The position numbers were made by a program, and so were the translations under genes. This document shows positions 50,116-58,650 of a DNA stretch of 58,650 nt, piece by piece. Where the stretch lies: the NCBI GenBank assembly GCA_043809315.1, contig JAZDDX010000021.1:1-58650 (forward strand), given 5' to 3'. Position 1 is the stretch's first letter. Each line of letters starts with the position of its first letter. The notes below the pieces were generated by a model. It had not been told where the DNA came from. It worked only from the letters and a program-made list of their open reading frames with translations, and made no database searches. The stretch comes from Pseudomonadota bacterium (GTDB taxonomy: Bacteria > Bdellovibrionota_G > JALEGL01 > DATDPG01).

Positions 50116-50335
50116 AATCGTCGTCAACGAAGAGCGCTGCAAGGGGTGCGAACTCTGCGTAGCCGCCTGTCCAAAGAAGATCATCGAGATGTCGAAGGCG
50201 ATCAATCGGCAGGGATACTTCTTCGCCCAAATCACGAACCGCGATCTCTGCACCGGCTGCAAGCTCTGCGCCATCGCCTGTCCCGACGTAGGGATCCAGG
50301 TCTTCGGAAAACGGGTGAAAAGGGAGGCGAAATGA
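50108..50335 (+). CDS. 2x[4Fe-4S] ferredoxin (delta subunit of 2-oxoacid:ferredoxin oxidoreductase)
   Basis: CKGCELCVAACP and CTGCKLCAIACP. Confidence 0.93.
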   Translation: MPRIVVNEERCKGCELCVAACPKKIIEMSKAINRQGYFFAQITNRDLCTGCKLCAIACPDVGIQVFGKRVKREAK

Positions 50336-51426
50336 CGCGCCAATTAATGAAAGGAAACGAAGCGATTGCCGAGGCAGCGATCCGTGCCGGGGCGAAACAT
50401 TACTTCGGTTATCCGATCACCCCTCAGAACGAGGTCGCCGAGTACCTTTCGAAACGGATGAAGGAGGTCGGAGGCGTTTTTGTGCAGGCGGAAAGCGAAG
50501 TGGCGGCCAGCAACATGTTGTTCGGGGCGGCAGCCAGCGGAAAACGGGTTTTCACTACCTCCTCGAGCCCTGGAATCAGCCTCATGCAGGAGGCGATCAG
50601 CTACATCGCCGGAGCTCATCTTCCGGTCGTTATCGTAAACATCATGCGGGCCGGTCCCGGGTTGGGTGGGATCCTTCCAGCGCAGTCCGATTATTTTCAG
50701 GCAACGAAGGGAGGAGGACACGGAGACTACCGGATCCTCGTTCTGGCTCCCTCCTCGGTCCAGGAAGCGGTCGACCTGGTTGCGGAAGCGTTCGAACTCG
50801 CCGACAAGTACCGGAATCCGGTTCTCATCGTCGGAGACGGAATGACAGGGCAGATGATGGAGCCGGTCGAATTCCGTTCCGGCGTTACCGATCGGATGAA
50901 TGACGCCGCTGAGTGGGCAACCGACGGCGCAAAGGGCCGACCGCCGCGGATTATCCGGTCGCTTTTCCTCGACCCTCTGGTCCTCGAACAGAACAACCAC
51001 CAACTCGCCGAGAAGTATGTCCGGATGGAGAAAGAGGAAATCCGGTACGAAGAGTACGAAATCACCCCAGCCACGGAGATCGTCCTCGTCGCGTACGGAA
51101 CGATGGCGCGTATTTGCAAGACGGTGATCGACGACCTCAAATCGGAAAAAGTTCAGGTCGGTCTGTTCCGTCCGATCTCGCTCTACCCCTACCCTCTCGA
51201 AGCCCTCGAGAAGATCTCGGATCAACCGAGCGTAAAAGCGTTCTTGAGCGTCGAGATGAGCATGGGGCAGATGGTGGAGGATGTCGAACGGGCGGTGAAA
51301 GGGAAGAAGCCGGTCAGTTTCTTCGGAAGGTGCGGGGGGATCGTCCCGTCGACGGAAGAAGTGACCACTGAACTGAAGAGACTCCTGTCGGAATGGGGCG
51401 GAAAGGGATCCCGTGGAAACCGTTGA
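50332..51426 (+). CDS. vorB: 2-oxoacid:ferredoxin oxidoreductase alpha subunit (VorB-type)
   Basis: Start ATG 50332. [48 protein letters not shown]. Confidence 0.9.
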   Translation: MTRQLMKGNEAIAEAAIRAGAKHYFGYPITPQNEVAEYLSKRMKEVGGVFVQAESEVAASNMLFGAAASGKRVFTTSSSPGISLMQEAISYIAGAHLPVVIVNIMRAGPGLGGILPAQSDYFQATKGGGHGDYRILVLAPSSVQEAVDLVAEAFELADKYRNPVLIVGDGMTGQMMEPVEFRSGVTDRMNDAAEWATDGAKGRPPRIIRSLFLDPLVLEQNNHQLAEKYVRMEKEEIRYEEYEITPATEIVLVAYGTMARICKTVIDDLKSEKVQVGLFRPISLYPYPLEALEKISDQPSVKAFLSVEMSMGQMVEDVERAVKGKKPVSFFGRCGGIVPSTEEVTTELKRLLSEWGGKGSRGNR

Positions 51427-52204
51427 CCAGGAACAACTGATCTTCTCGCGGCCGGAGAGCATGAAGGATGTTCCGACGCACTATTGCCCGGGATGTACGC
51501 ACGGCGTGATTCATCGTCTGGTGGCGGAGAGCCTTGACGAACTCGGCATCCGGGAAAAAACGGTCGGGATCGCCCCGGTCGGTTGCGCGGTTCTCATCTA
51601 CAACTATATCAACACCGACTTCATTGAAGCGCCGCACGGTCGAGCCCCCGCCCTCGCAACCGGAATGAAACGAGTCCGTCCCGATCTCACGGTCTTCACC
51701 TATCAAGGAGACGGCGACCTGGCCTCAATCGGGACGAATGAGATCCTCCATGCGGCGAACCGCGGGGAGAAGATCACGGTCGTCTTCGTGAACAACGCGG
51801 TCTATGGAATGACGGGGGGGCAGATGGCCCCGACGACATTGCCGGGACAGAGAACGACCACGTCACCGGCCGGCCGGGATGTCGCGACGGCCGGTTATCC
51901 GCTGCGGGTTGCAGAACTCCTCACGACGTTGATGACTCCGGCCTACATCGCACGGGTCTCGGTCCACGATCCGGCCCACACGATTCGGGCCAAAAAGGCG
52001 ATCAAGCGGGCCTTCGAATACCAGCTCAAGGGGACCTGCTTCAGCCTCATCGAAGTTCTCTCGACCTGCCCGACCAACTGGGGGCTCACCCCTTCGCAGT
52101 CGACGGAGTGGCTAGCCAAGAACATGATCCCAGTCTTCCCCTTAGGGGAATTCAAAAGCCCGGAACCGAAACCCTCGACGGAGAAACCCGATGCAACAGT
52201 ATGA
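51413..52204 (+). CDS. 2-oxoacid:ferredoxin oxidoreductase beta subunit (TPP-binding)
   Basis: [42 protein letters not shown]. Confidence 0.95.
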   Translation: METVDQEQLIFSRPESMKDVPTHYCPGCTHGVIHRLVAESLDELGIREKTVGIAPVGCAVLIYNYINTDFIEAPHGRAPALATGMKRVRPDLTVFTYQGDGDLASIGTNEILHAANRGEKITVVFVNNAVYGMTGGQMAPTTLPGQRTTTSPAGRDVATAGYPLRVAELLTTLMTPAYIARVSVHDPAHTIRAKKAIKRAFEYQLKGTCFSLIEVLSTCPTNWGLTPSQSTEWLAKNMIPVFPLGEFKSPEPKPSTEKPDATV

Positions 52205-52730
52205 AGTGACCTTCGCGGGGTTTGGCGGACAGGGGATTCTGGCGATCGGCCAGATCCTCGCCAAAGCGGCGATGGATGCGGGAAAGCATGTCACATGGCT
52301 CCCCTCGTACGGTCCGGAAATGCGAGGCGGGACGGCGTATTGCACGGTGGTCCTCTCGGAGCACGAGATCGGCAGCCCGATCATCACCACCCCGACTTGC
52401 GCGACCGTCATGAACCGGCCGTCGTTCGACAAATTCTCCCCCAAAGTCAAACCGGACGGGCTCTTGGTCGTGAACTCCAGCCTCATCGACGTCCAGAGCG
52501 ATCGTAAAGATATCGGACAGGTCTACATCCCCGCGAACGACATCGCGATCAAAGCCGGGAGTGCCCGTGCGGCTAATATGGCGATCCTCGGCGGTTTTCT
52601 AGGCCGAGCCGGCGTCATCGAGCCCTTGGCAGTTCGCAAGGTGATCGAGGAAAAGTTCGGCGCCAAAAAAGAGGTTCTCCGGATCAACCTGGAGGCGTTC
52701 GACCAAGGAGTTACGCTCGCCCGCTCGTGA
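52191..52730 (+). CDS. 2-oxoacid:ferredoxin oxidoreductase gamma subunit
   Basis: [27 protein letters not shown]. Confidence 0.95.
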   Translation: MQQYEVTFAGFGGQGILAIGQILAKAAMDAGKHVTWLPSYGPEMRGGTAYCTVVLSEHEIGSPIITTPTCATVMNRPSFDKFSPKVKPDGLLVVNSSLIDVQSDRKDIGQVYIPANDIAIKAGSARAANMAILGGFLGRAGVIEPLAVRKVIEEKFGAKKEVLRINLEAFDQGVTLARS

Positions 52731-54190
52731 GAGAACGTCTCTCCGTCCTGTTTTTTCTTTTCGTCACTGCGCTCGTTGTCTCGTACCCGCTCAGTCCCGA
52801 CTTCTTGGGTCCGGGCGCCGATCGGGAAGTCTATCGGTACATCGGGATGGTGGTTCGGCACGGGGGAATGCCCTATCTCGACGCCTTCGACAACAAGCCT
52901 CCCGTGATGTTTCTGATTACGGCGCTGGTCCACGAGTTCGGGCCTTGGGGGATCTGGCTCGCGGAATCCTTGGCGATCGCCGGCGGAGCCTTCTTCCTCT
53001 TCCGGATCGCCGAAGAACAAAAGACGCCCATCGTAGGCATGTTCTTGGCGCTCTGGTTGATTCTCCTGGTCCGGACCCCCTTGGTCGCGGAAGGGGGCGG
53101 ACTGACGCGAGGGTTTTGTCCGCTGCTGTACCTGGGGGGAGCTTGGGTTCTTCGGGGGAGCTCTCGATGGAGATTCGCAATTGCGGGAGTGGTGGTGGGA
53201 TTGTTGATCGAACTTCAGCCAGAGGAGATCTTACCGTTCGTTCCGTTCGTGGGCATTGCTTGGATGGAAAGTCCGGATCGTCGACGGAATCTGATGAAGA
53301 TCGGGGTCGGGGTTTTGGCGGTCGTCGCACCGATCACGATCTGGCTCGCCGTTCGGAGCGCCCTGGGAAGTTTCTGGGAAACGTTCGCCTTTGATCGAGT
53401 TTGGGTTGGCGCGGCGCGCGGGGATCTTGCTTCGCGGTGGTGGTTGCTGGTCACCCGCCTGTGGGATCTCGAACTTCTTTTCCCGTCTCTTTTCGCACTG
53501 CTCTTGGCAGGGATCGCCCTGGCCCGTTCGGCCCGACATCGATGGCTCATCGGAGCTGTTCTAACTGTGGTTCTTCAGTTGGTCGCAATCCGAGTTTTGC
53601 GCAGGGGATACGGCCATTACTTCCAGCCGCTCGTGCCGCTCGTTCTTCTCCTCGTTCTCTTCTCTCTCGAGTCGTTGGTCAACCGGTGGAGAACGTTCGC
53701 ACTCTCCCTCTTCCTGCTCTCCGCCGCTCTCCCGGCGGGACGTTCTCTGAGCGATGCCTGGGACACCCTCTTGTCCCCGAAGGGGGTCTATGCCTCCGTC
53801 GTTCGAGATCCGTGGCGCCAAATCTTGGAACCATACCGGGGACAGCGTGGTTCCTTGTACGTTATGCGGAGACAGGGAGCGCTCGCCCTGTATACCGACT
53901 TCGACATCATCGCTCCGACTCGGTGGATCTATACGCTCGGGTGGGAACGCCGGCCGCCCGGGCGGGAGATGCGGGAAATCCTTGACGGAATCGAACGGTT
54001 CCGGACGCGTTACATCTACGACTTCACCACGGTGCGTCCGTTTTCGTCCGCTCTTCAGGAGGTCTGGGAGGCTCACCTTAAAGCCCACTACCGCGTCCGT
54101 TCTCTCCTTCCAGAGGGAGCCCGTCTATGGGAACGCCTCCCGTCTGAAAAGTTGCGCGGAGAAACAGCAGCTGATCTAAACAGAGGATAG
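52727..54190 (+). CDS. Integral membrane glycosyltransferase (GT-C, ArnT/PMT-like)
   Basis: D...Y.YIG....G.MPY.D.FDNKPP first-loop motif; many TM helices; YGHYF. Confidence 0.75.
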   Translation: MRERLSVLFFLFVTALVVSYPLSPDFLGPGADREVYRYIGMVVRHGGMPYLDAFDNKPPVMFLITALVHEFGPWGIWLAESLAIAGGAFFLFRIAEEQKTPIVGMFLALWLILLVRTPLVAEGGGLTRGFCPLLYLGGAWVLRGSSRWRFAIAGVVVGLLIELQPEEILPFVPFVGIAWMESPDRRRNLMKIGVGVLAVVAPITIWLAVRSALGSFWETFAFDRVWVGAARGDLASRWWLLVTRLWDLELLFPSLFALLLAGIALARSARHRWLIGAVLTVVLQLVAIRVLRRGYGHYFQPLVPLVLLLVLFSLESLVNRWRTFALSLFLLSAALPAGRSLSDAWDTLLSPKGVYASVVRDPWRQILEPYRGQRGSLYVMRRQGALALYTDFDIIAPTRWIYTLGWERRPPGREMREILDGIERFRTRYIYDFTTVRPFSSALQEVWEAHLKAHYRVRSLLPEGARLWERLPSEKLRGETAADLNRG

Positions 54191-54206
54191 GCTTCCACGG
54201 GAATCG

Positions 54207-55760
54207 ATGAAATCGAAGATTCGAAAAGTACGGCGAGTGAGCCTGACGCAGGACGAGATCGAGGATCTCCACGCCATCGGTGCGGCACTGGCCGCCGAAC
54301 GGGACCTGGATCGACTCCTCTCGCAGATCCTGGAGAAGTGCCGACGTATCGTCCGGGCCGACGCCGGGACCCTCTTTCTGGCCGAACGGGCCGGCGGGGA
54401 AGAAGAGCTGTCCGGGCTCCGGTTCAAGCTTGCACAAAACGATTCCGTGCCACTCCGGTTGGGGGAGTTCGTCATCCCGATCAACAAGAAAAGCATCGCA
54501 GGGTACGTCGCCACGACCGGCGAGACCCTTCGACTGCCGGACGTCTACCACATCGCGGAAACCTACCCGTTTCGTTTCAATCCTGAGGTGGATCGGGAAA
54601 CCGGGTACCGTTCGAAATCGGTTCTAGCGATCCCGATGACCGATCACCGGGAACAGTTGATCGGCGTCGTTCAGCTTTGGAACAAGAAGAAGAAATCCTC
54701 GGTCGTCACCTTTACGTCGGCCGATCAGAAGCTCGTCGCCTCCCTGTCGGCACAGGCTGCCGTGGCGATCGAGAACGCCAAGCTCTATGCGGAGATCCGA
54801 CAACTCTTCAAGGGTTTCATCCGGGCGTCGGCGACGGCGATCGAGGCTCGGGATCCATCCACACGCGGCCATTCCGAGCGTGTGGCGGTCCTGACCGTGG
54901 CGTTGGCGGAGGAAGTGAATCGAACCCCCACGGGACGCCTGCAGGCATATCAATTCACGCCGGAACAGATCATTGAGATCGAATACGCCACCCTTCTCCA
55001 TGACTTTGGGAAGATCGGTGTGCGGGAGAACATTCTCACCAAGTCGAAGAAGCTCTTCGATTGGGAACTCGCTCTGATTCGAGAACGTCTCGGAGCTTGG
55101 TATCGCGAGGCCGAGCTCGCCGTCGAGAGAAGGAAGTCGGAGCACCTGGCAAGCGGCGGAAAACCGGGGGACGCCGGCTGGAGTCAGATTGAAGCCTTGT
55201 CGGAGGCTTCCCTGACCGAGATCCGGGAGATCGAGGGGTTGATCCTCCAATGCAACGAACCGACGGTGATGCCGGAAAAGGTCGGCGCGGAGTTGTCCCG
55301 CCTGGCTGAAATCTACGTCACGCACCCGGACGGGGAGAAGGTTCGGATCGTGTCGGACGAGCAGATCCGCCGACTGCGGATTCCACGGGGAAGTCTGTCG
55401 GACGAGGAACGGCGACAGATCGAGTCGCACGTCACACACTCCTTCGAGTTCCTTTCCAAGATCCCCTGGACGCGCGATCTCAAGGGGATTCCCGAGATCG
55501 CCCACGGCCATCATGAAAAGCTCGACGGAACGGGTTACCCGCGAGGGATCCCGATGGAACAGATCCCGTTTGCGGCCCGGATGATGGCGATCGCCGATAT
55601 TTTCGATGCCCTGGCGGCGCGGGATCGGCCGTACAAGAAAGCAGTGCCGGCGGAGCGTGCTCTCGACATCCTCCGGATGGAAGCGGCCGAGGGAAAGCTC
55701 GACATCGACCTGGTGAATCTCTTCATCGAGCGGAAGGTCTACGAGAGAACCCCCAGCTGA
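54207..55760 (+). CDS. GAF + HD-GYP cyclic dinucleotide phosphodiesterase
   Basis: GAF (SIAGYVA..GE, D..TGYR, QAAVAIEN); GHSERV, LLHDFGK, HHEKLDGTGYP, DIFDAL..RDRPYK. Confidence 0.95.
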   Translation: MKSKIRKVRRVSLTQDEIEDLHAIGAALAAERDLDRLLSQILEKCRRIVRADAGTLFLAERAGGEEELSGLRFKLAQNDSVPLRLGEFVIPINKKSIAGYVATTGETLRLPDVYHIAETYPFRFNPEVDRETGYRSKSVLAIPMTDHREQLIGVVQLWNKKKKSSVVTFTSADQKLVASLSAQAAVAIENAKLYAEIRQLFKGFIRASATAIEARDPSTRGHSERVAVLTVALAEEVNRTPTGRLQAYQFTPEQIIEIEYATLLHDFGKIGVRENILTKSKKLFDWELALIRERLGAWYREAELAVERRKSEHLASGGKPGDAGWSQIEALSEASLTEIREIEGLILQCNEPTVMPEKVGAELSRLAEIYVTHPDGEKVRIVSDEQIRRLRIPRGSLSDEERRQIESHVTHSFEFLSKIPWTRDLKGIPEIAHGHHEKLDGTGYPRGIPMEQIPFAARMMAIADIFDALAARDRPYKKAVPAERALDILRMEAAEGKLDIDLVNLFIERKVYERTPS

Positions 55761-55764
55761 TCCG

Positions 55765-57798
55765 ATGCCCCTGTTTCTTTTTTTTCTCCTGGCCTCGTTT
55801 CTTCCGTTCTTCGTAGGGATTTATCCCGGGTGGTTCGACAGCGGTGAGCTTTCCCTTGCCGCGCAATCGCTGGGGGTGGCCCATCCCTCGGGACATCCTC
55901 TCTACACAATGGCAGGCAACCTCGGAACACTGTTCCCGGCTGGCTCGGTAGCCTTCCGGACATCCCTCTTTTCGGTCCTCTCGGTCGCAACCGGCATCGT
56001 CTGCTTGGCAAGGGTCGTTGAAGAGATCTCGGACGTAAAAAGCGACTCGAAATGGGATTTGAGCATCCGCATGGTGCTCGCGGTCCTGGTCGGACTCCTC
56101 GTGTCGACCCACCCTTCGCTGGGACTCCAATCGGCGCGAACGGAAGTTTACGCTCCCGCGTTCGCTCTGGAAGCATTGGGGTTGCTGCTTCTGGTTCTAT
56201 CCGGTCGCCACAAATCCATCCGGATCCTTTACGCGGCCGGATTCGTCACGGGACTCACCCTTTCGCTTCAGCCTCTGCTCGGGCTTACGTTGGTCCCGCC
56301 GTTTTTCTGGACCGCTCTCACGTTGAAGTCCCACTCCTGGCAACGGACGGCCACGGCTTGTTTGTTTGTCGGTTTCGGCCTCATGGTCTGCCTCTATCTT
56401 CCGCTTCGCGCGGCGACGAATCCCACGATCGACTGGGATCATCCGACCACACTCTCCCGCTTCTATTTCGAATTAACCGCACGTGACTTTCGTCAGTTCT
56501 TCCACGTTCCGATCTCCGGAAAGGCTTACTCCGGACTCGGACACGGGGAGTTCTGGAAGCTGATTCGACCGGTCGATCTCGTCTTCGTTCTTTTGGGTGG
56601 ATTCGCTGCGTTTCGTCTCGCGGGGATCAAACAGGCCGGGATTCTGTTTTGGACCGTCGTTTCCGCTCTGGGCGTTTGGCTTTCCAAAGAGTTCTCCCTT
56701 CGGAACCCGGATGCCCAGGGATATTTCGCTTTTCCAGCCGCTCTTTTCATCTGTCTTGCGATCATCGGCGCCACCCCCCTCCTTTGTGGGCGGCATCGCT
56801 ACACAAAGGTCGCCTTTCTGGCGGCCCTTCTTCTGATCGTCGCGGTTCGATCGATTTCTCTTTCAGACGGGATCCGTTCGTGGCGTGCCGACGGGGCGGA
56901 GGAGGCCGACCTCCTGAGTTCTCATCTCGATCGCGCCCCATCTCGCGCGGTGCTTCTTCTCGGAAGCGATCACTGGGTTTTTCCAGTTTGGTATCGGAGT
57001 TACGTCGAAGGGCGTCGGCCTGATGTGGCGATTCTTGCTCAGGCACTGCTCCGGGCCTCCTGGTATCGGGATCAGATCGACCGCCGATACGGACCCCTCG
57101 AAGGTCGTCCGCTTTGGGCGGAGGAGCCGACCCAGGGAGCCACGAAGCCGGCCGGTTATCTCTTTGCAGAGCATACCGTCGCGCTCGACGAGGACCGATT
57201 CAACCGTGCCTGCCGTGTGGCCCGAGCAGCCGATCCGTTCGAGATCCGCAGTTCGATCTGCGCGGAGGTCGTGATTCGCTCGGCGACCGGTGAAATGAAC
57301 CTCAAACGCTATTCACGGGCGGCCGCTCTTCTCGAAGATTTCCTGGGTCTTGCACCATCGAATCTCAAATGCGATACCCCCGAACTGGTGCAAATCCCGT
57401 ATCCCCTGAGCCTGGGAGCGCCTCCCGGTTTCCTGGTCGACCCGGCTCGTCCGAGGATCTCTCTGGTTCTTCTTTACCTGGGTTGCGGGCGTCCGGACTT
57501 GGCTGAAAAAGTTCTTACACTCGATCGAGATCCTCCGAATGTCGATCTCCGCCTCCTGGGCGCGTTCTTGAGCTGGAAAAGAGAACGGTTGGAGGAGGCC
57601 ATCGAAGGTTTGGCGATCGACCGGGATTGGAACCGATACGATCGCGGGCTGATGCATCTCGCCCGTGCGACGCTGCTCGGGTTGGCGCACCGCCGTTCGG
57701 AAGCGGAGGCGGAACTTCATGAGGCGGAGAGACTTCTTCCCGATCACGTGGCGGTCGCGCGGTTACAATCGACGCTCGAAGCAAAGGGGAATAGATGA
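55765..57798 (+). CDS. DUF2723 (TMEM260-like) GT-C membrane protein with TPR-like C-terminus
   Basis: DSGELSLAA..LGVAHPSGHPLY, EVYA, YLPLRA...P...W..P motifs. Confidence 0.85.
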   Translation: MPLFLFFLLASFLPFFVGIYPGWFDSGELSLAAQSLGVAHPSGHPLYTMAGNLGTLFPAGSVAFRTSLFSVLSVATGIVCLARVVEEISDVKSDSKWDLSIRMVLAVLVGLLVSTHPSLGLQSARTEVYAPAFALEALGLLLLVLSGRHKSIRILYAAGFVTGLTLSLQPLLGLTLVPPFFWTALTLKSHSWQRTATACLFVGFGLMVCLYLPLRAATNPTIDWDHPTTLSRFYFELTARDFRQFFHVPISGKAYSGLGHGEFWKLIRPVDLVFVLLGGFAAFRLAGIKQAGILFWTVVSALGVWLSKEFSLRNPDAQGYFAFPAALFICLAIIGATPLLCGRHRYTKVAFLAALLLIVAVRSISLSDGIRSWRADGAEEADLLSSHLDRAPSRAVLLLGSDHWVFPVWYRSYVEGRRPDVAILAQALLRASWYRDQIDRRYGPLEGRPLWAEEPTQGATKPAGYLFAEHTVALDEDRFNRACRVARAADPFEIRSSICAEVVIRSATGEMNLKRYSRAAALLEDFLGLAPSNLKCDTPELVQIPYPLSLGAPPGFLVDPARPRISLVLLYLGCGRPDLAEKVLTLDRDPPNVDLRLLGAFLSWKRERLEEAIEGLAIDRDWNRYDRGLMHLARATLLGLAHRRSEAEAELHEAERLLPDHVAVARLQSTLEAKGNR

Positions 57799-58538
57799 AA
57801 CAACCGAGTCTCTCGATCTTCCTGCCGATGTATAACGAGGAAACGAATGTCGGGGAAATTCTGCCGAAGCTCCAGACGGTTTTACGAGAAATCACGGAAG
57901 ACTATGAAATTGTCGCTATCGATGACGGTAGCCGGGATCGGACCGTCGAGCGGGTCCGATCGTTCGCGGCGGGAGACCCGAGAATCCGCTTGGTACAGCA
58001 CGAGGTGAACCGTGGATATGGGGCCGCTCTTCGGACTGGATTTCAAAGCGTCACCAAAGAGATTGTCGCATACACCGATGCCGACCTTCCGGTTGATCTC
58101 GAGATCCTGAAAGTCGTTGTCCCCCGGATGGAGTCGACACCGGTCTTGATCGGCTCCAGGAGCCAGCACGAGACGCTCAAGCGAGGGCTTTTCGGAACGA
58201 TCTACCGACTGACGCTCCGGATTCTGTTCGGCCTCCGGGTTCGGGACGTGAACTTCGCCTTCAAATTGTTTCGGAAGGAGGTCGTCGACCAATTCAAAGC
58301 TCGCCTTCGTTCCGGAAGTGTATTCATCGACGGGGAGGTTCTCGTTCTGATCCACCGGATGGGGATTCCGATCGTTGAAGTTCCGATGACCTACCGTTTC
58401 CGCCAGCATGGCGTGTCGACGCTGGGAAGCTGGAAACAAGCTTTTTTCACATTTCGAGAAATTCTCGAGTTCTTTCTGAAAACGGGATGCTGGAAAGAAA
58501 CCGACGGCAGGCAAAAAAAAGCGACAGACGACAGATAG
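57795..58538 (+). CDS. GT2 glycosyltransferase (polyprenol-phosphate sugar synthase-like)
   Basis: P.YNE, DDGSRD.T, NRGYGAALRTG, DAD, D.NFAFKLF; ATGA overlap with the DUF2723 gene. Confidence 0.92.
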   Translation: MKQPSLSIFLPMYNEETNVGEILPKLQTVLREITEDYEIVAIDDGSRDRTVERVRSFAAGDPRIRLVQHEVNRGYGAALRTGFQSVTKEIVAYTDADLPVDLEILKVVVPRMESTPVLIGSRSQHETLKRGLFGTIYRLTLRILFGLRVRDVNFAFKLFRKEVVDQFKARLRSGSVFIDGEVLVLIHRMGIPIVEVPMTYRFRQHGVSTLGSWKQAFFTFREILEFFLKTGCWKETDGRQKKATDDR

Positions 58539-58650
58539 CACGGGATGGGGTGTGCTTTACGAGGAGTCAGCGATACGTGGGATGAGTTGAACCTCGTTAC
58601 CGATTCCAACTCTCCGCTTCCGTGGTTTTCGTGTGCTTCAGAGTCTTTCC

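Noticed and set aside
58539-58650. Possible start of a further gene at the window end
   Set aside because: Too short to assign a frame or product.

Overview
GC-rich bacterial chromosomal segment. The gene repertoire (PilZ/TIGR02266-like, DUF4388, zinc-ribbon-TPR proteins, sigma54 promoters) suggests a delta-proteobacterial, Myxococcota- or Bdellovibrionota-like organism; this is inference. From left to right: (1) a complex I operon nuoA-C-D-H-I-J-K-L-M (M partial) lacking nuoB and nuoEFG, with an in-frame TAG that appears to truncate nuoI; (2) housekeeping and metabolic genes (PilZ protein, ihfA, dsbD-like, ligA, lat, moaB, dgt, OmpA, an M16 peptidase pair, divergent speA/speB); (3) an envelope/signalling block with a 1223-aa lipoprotein whose M30-like zinc motif is degenerate, a divergent DUF4388 protein with a dead P-loop-like domain, a C45-TPR hydrolase and a TPR-2xcNMP protein; (4) an accessory block with a long structured leader, a sigma54-driven lipoprotein pair and a truncated TIGR02757 gene; (5) tRNA-Arg, apt, smc, beta-propeller lipoproteins (one with a duplicated phage-structural-like module), ahpC, tRNA-Thr and a lytic transglycosylase; (6) tRNA-Ala(CGC) carrying a ~0.7 kb integrase-less islet bounded by att-like direct repeats, with a two-gene nucleotidyltransferase module, then a lower-GC sigma54 cassette; (7) a tightly coupled operon joining a P-loop ATPase and a four-subunit 2-oxoacid:ferredoxin oxidoreductase to GT-C, HD-GYP, DUF2723 (TMEM260-like) and GT2 genes. 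No CRISPR array, rRNA or transposase was seen. All family calls come from motif recognition by eye; no database searches were run.
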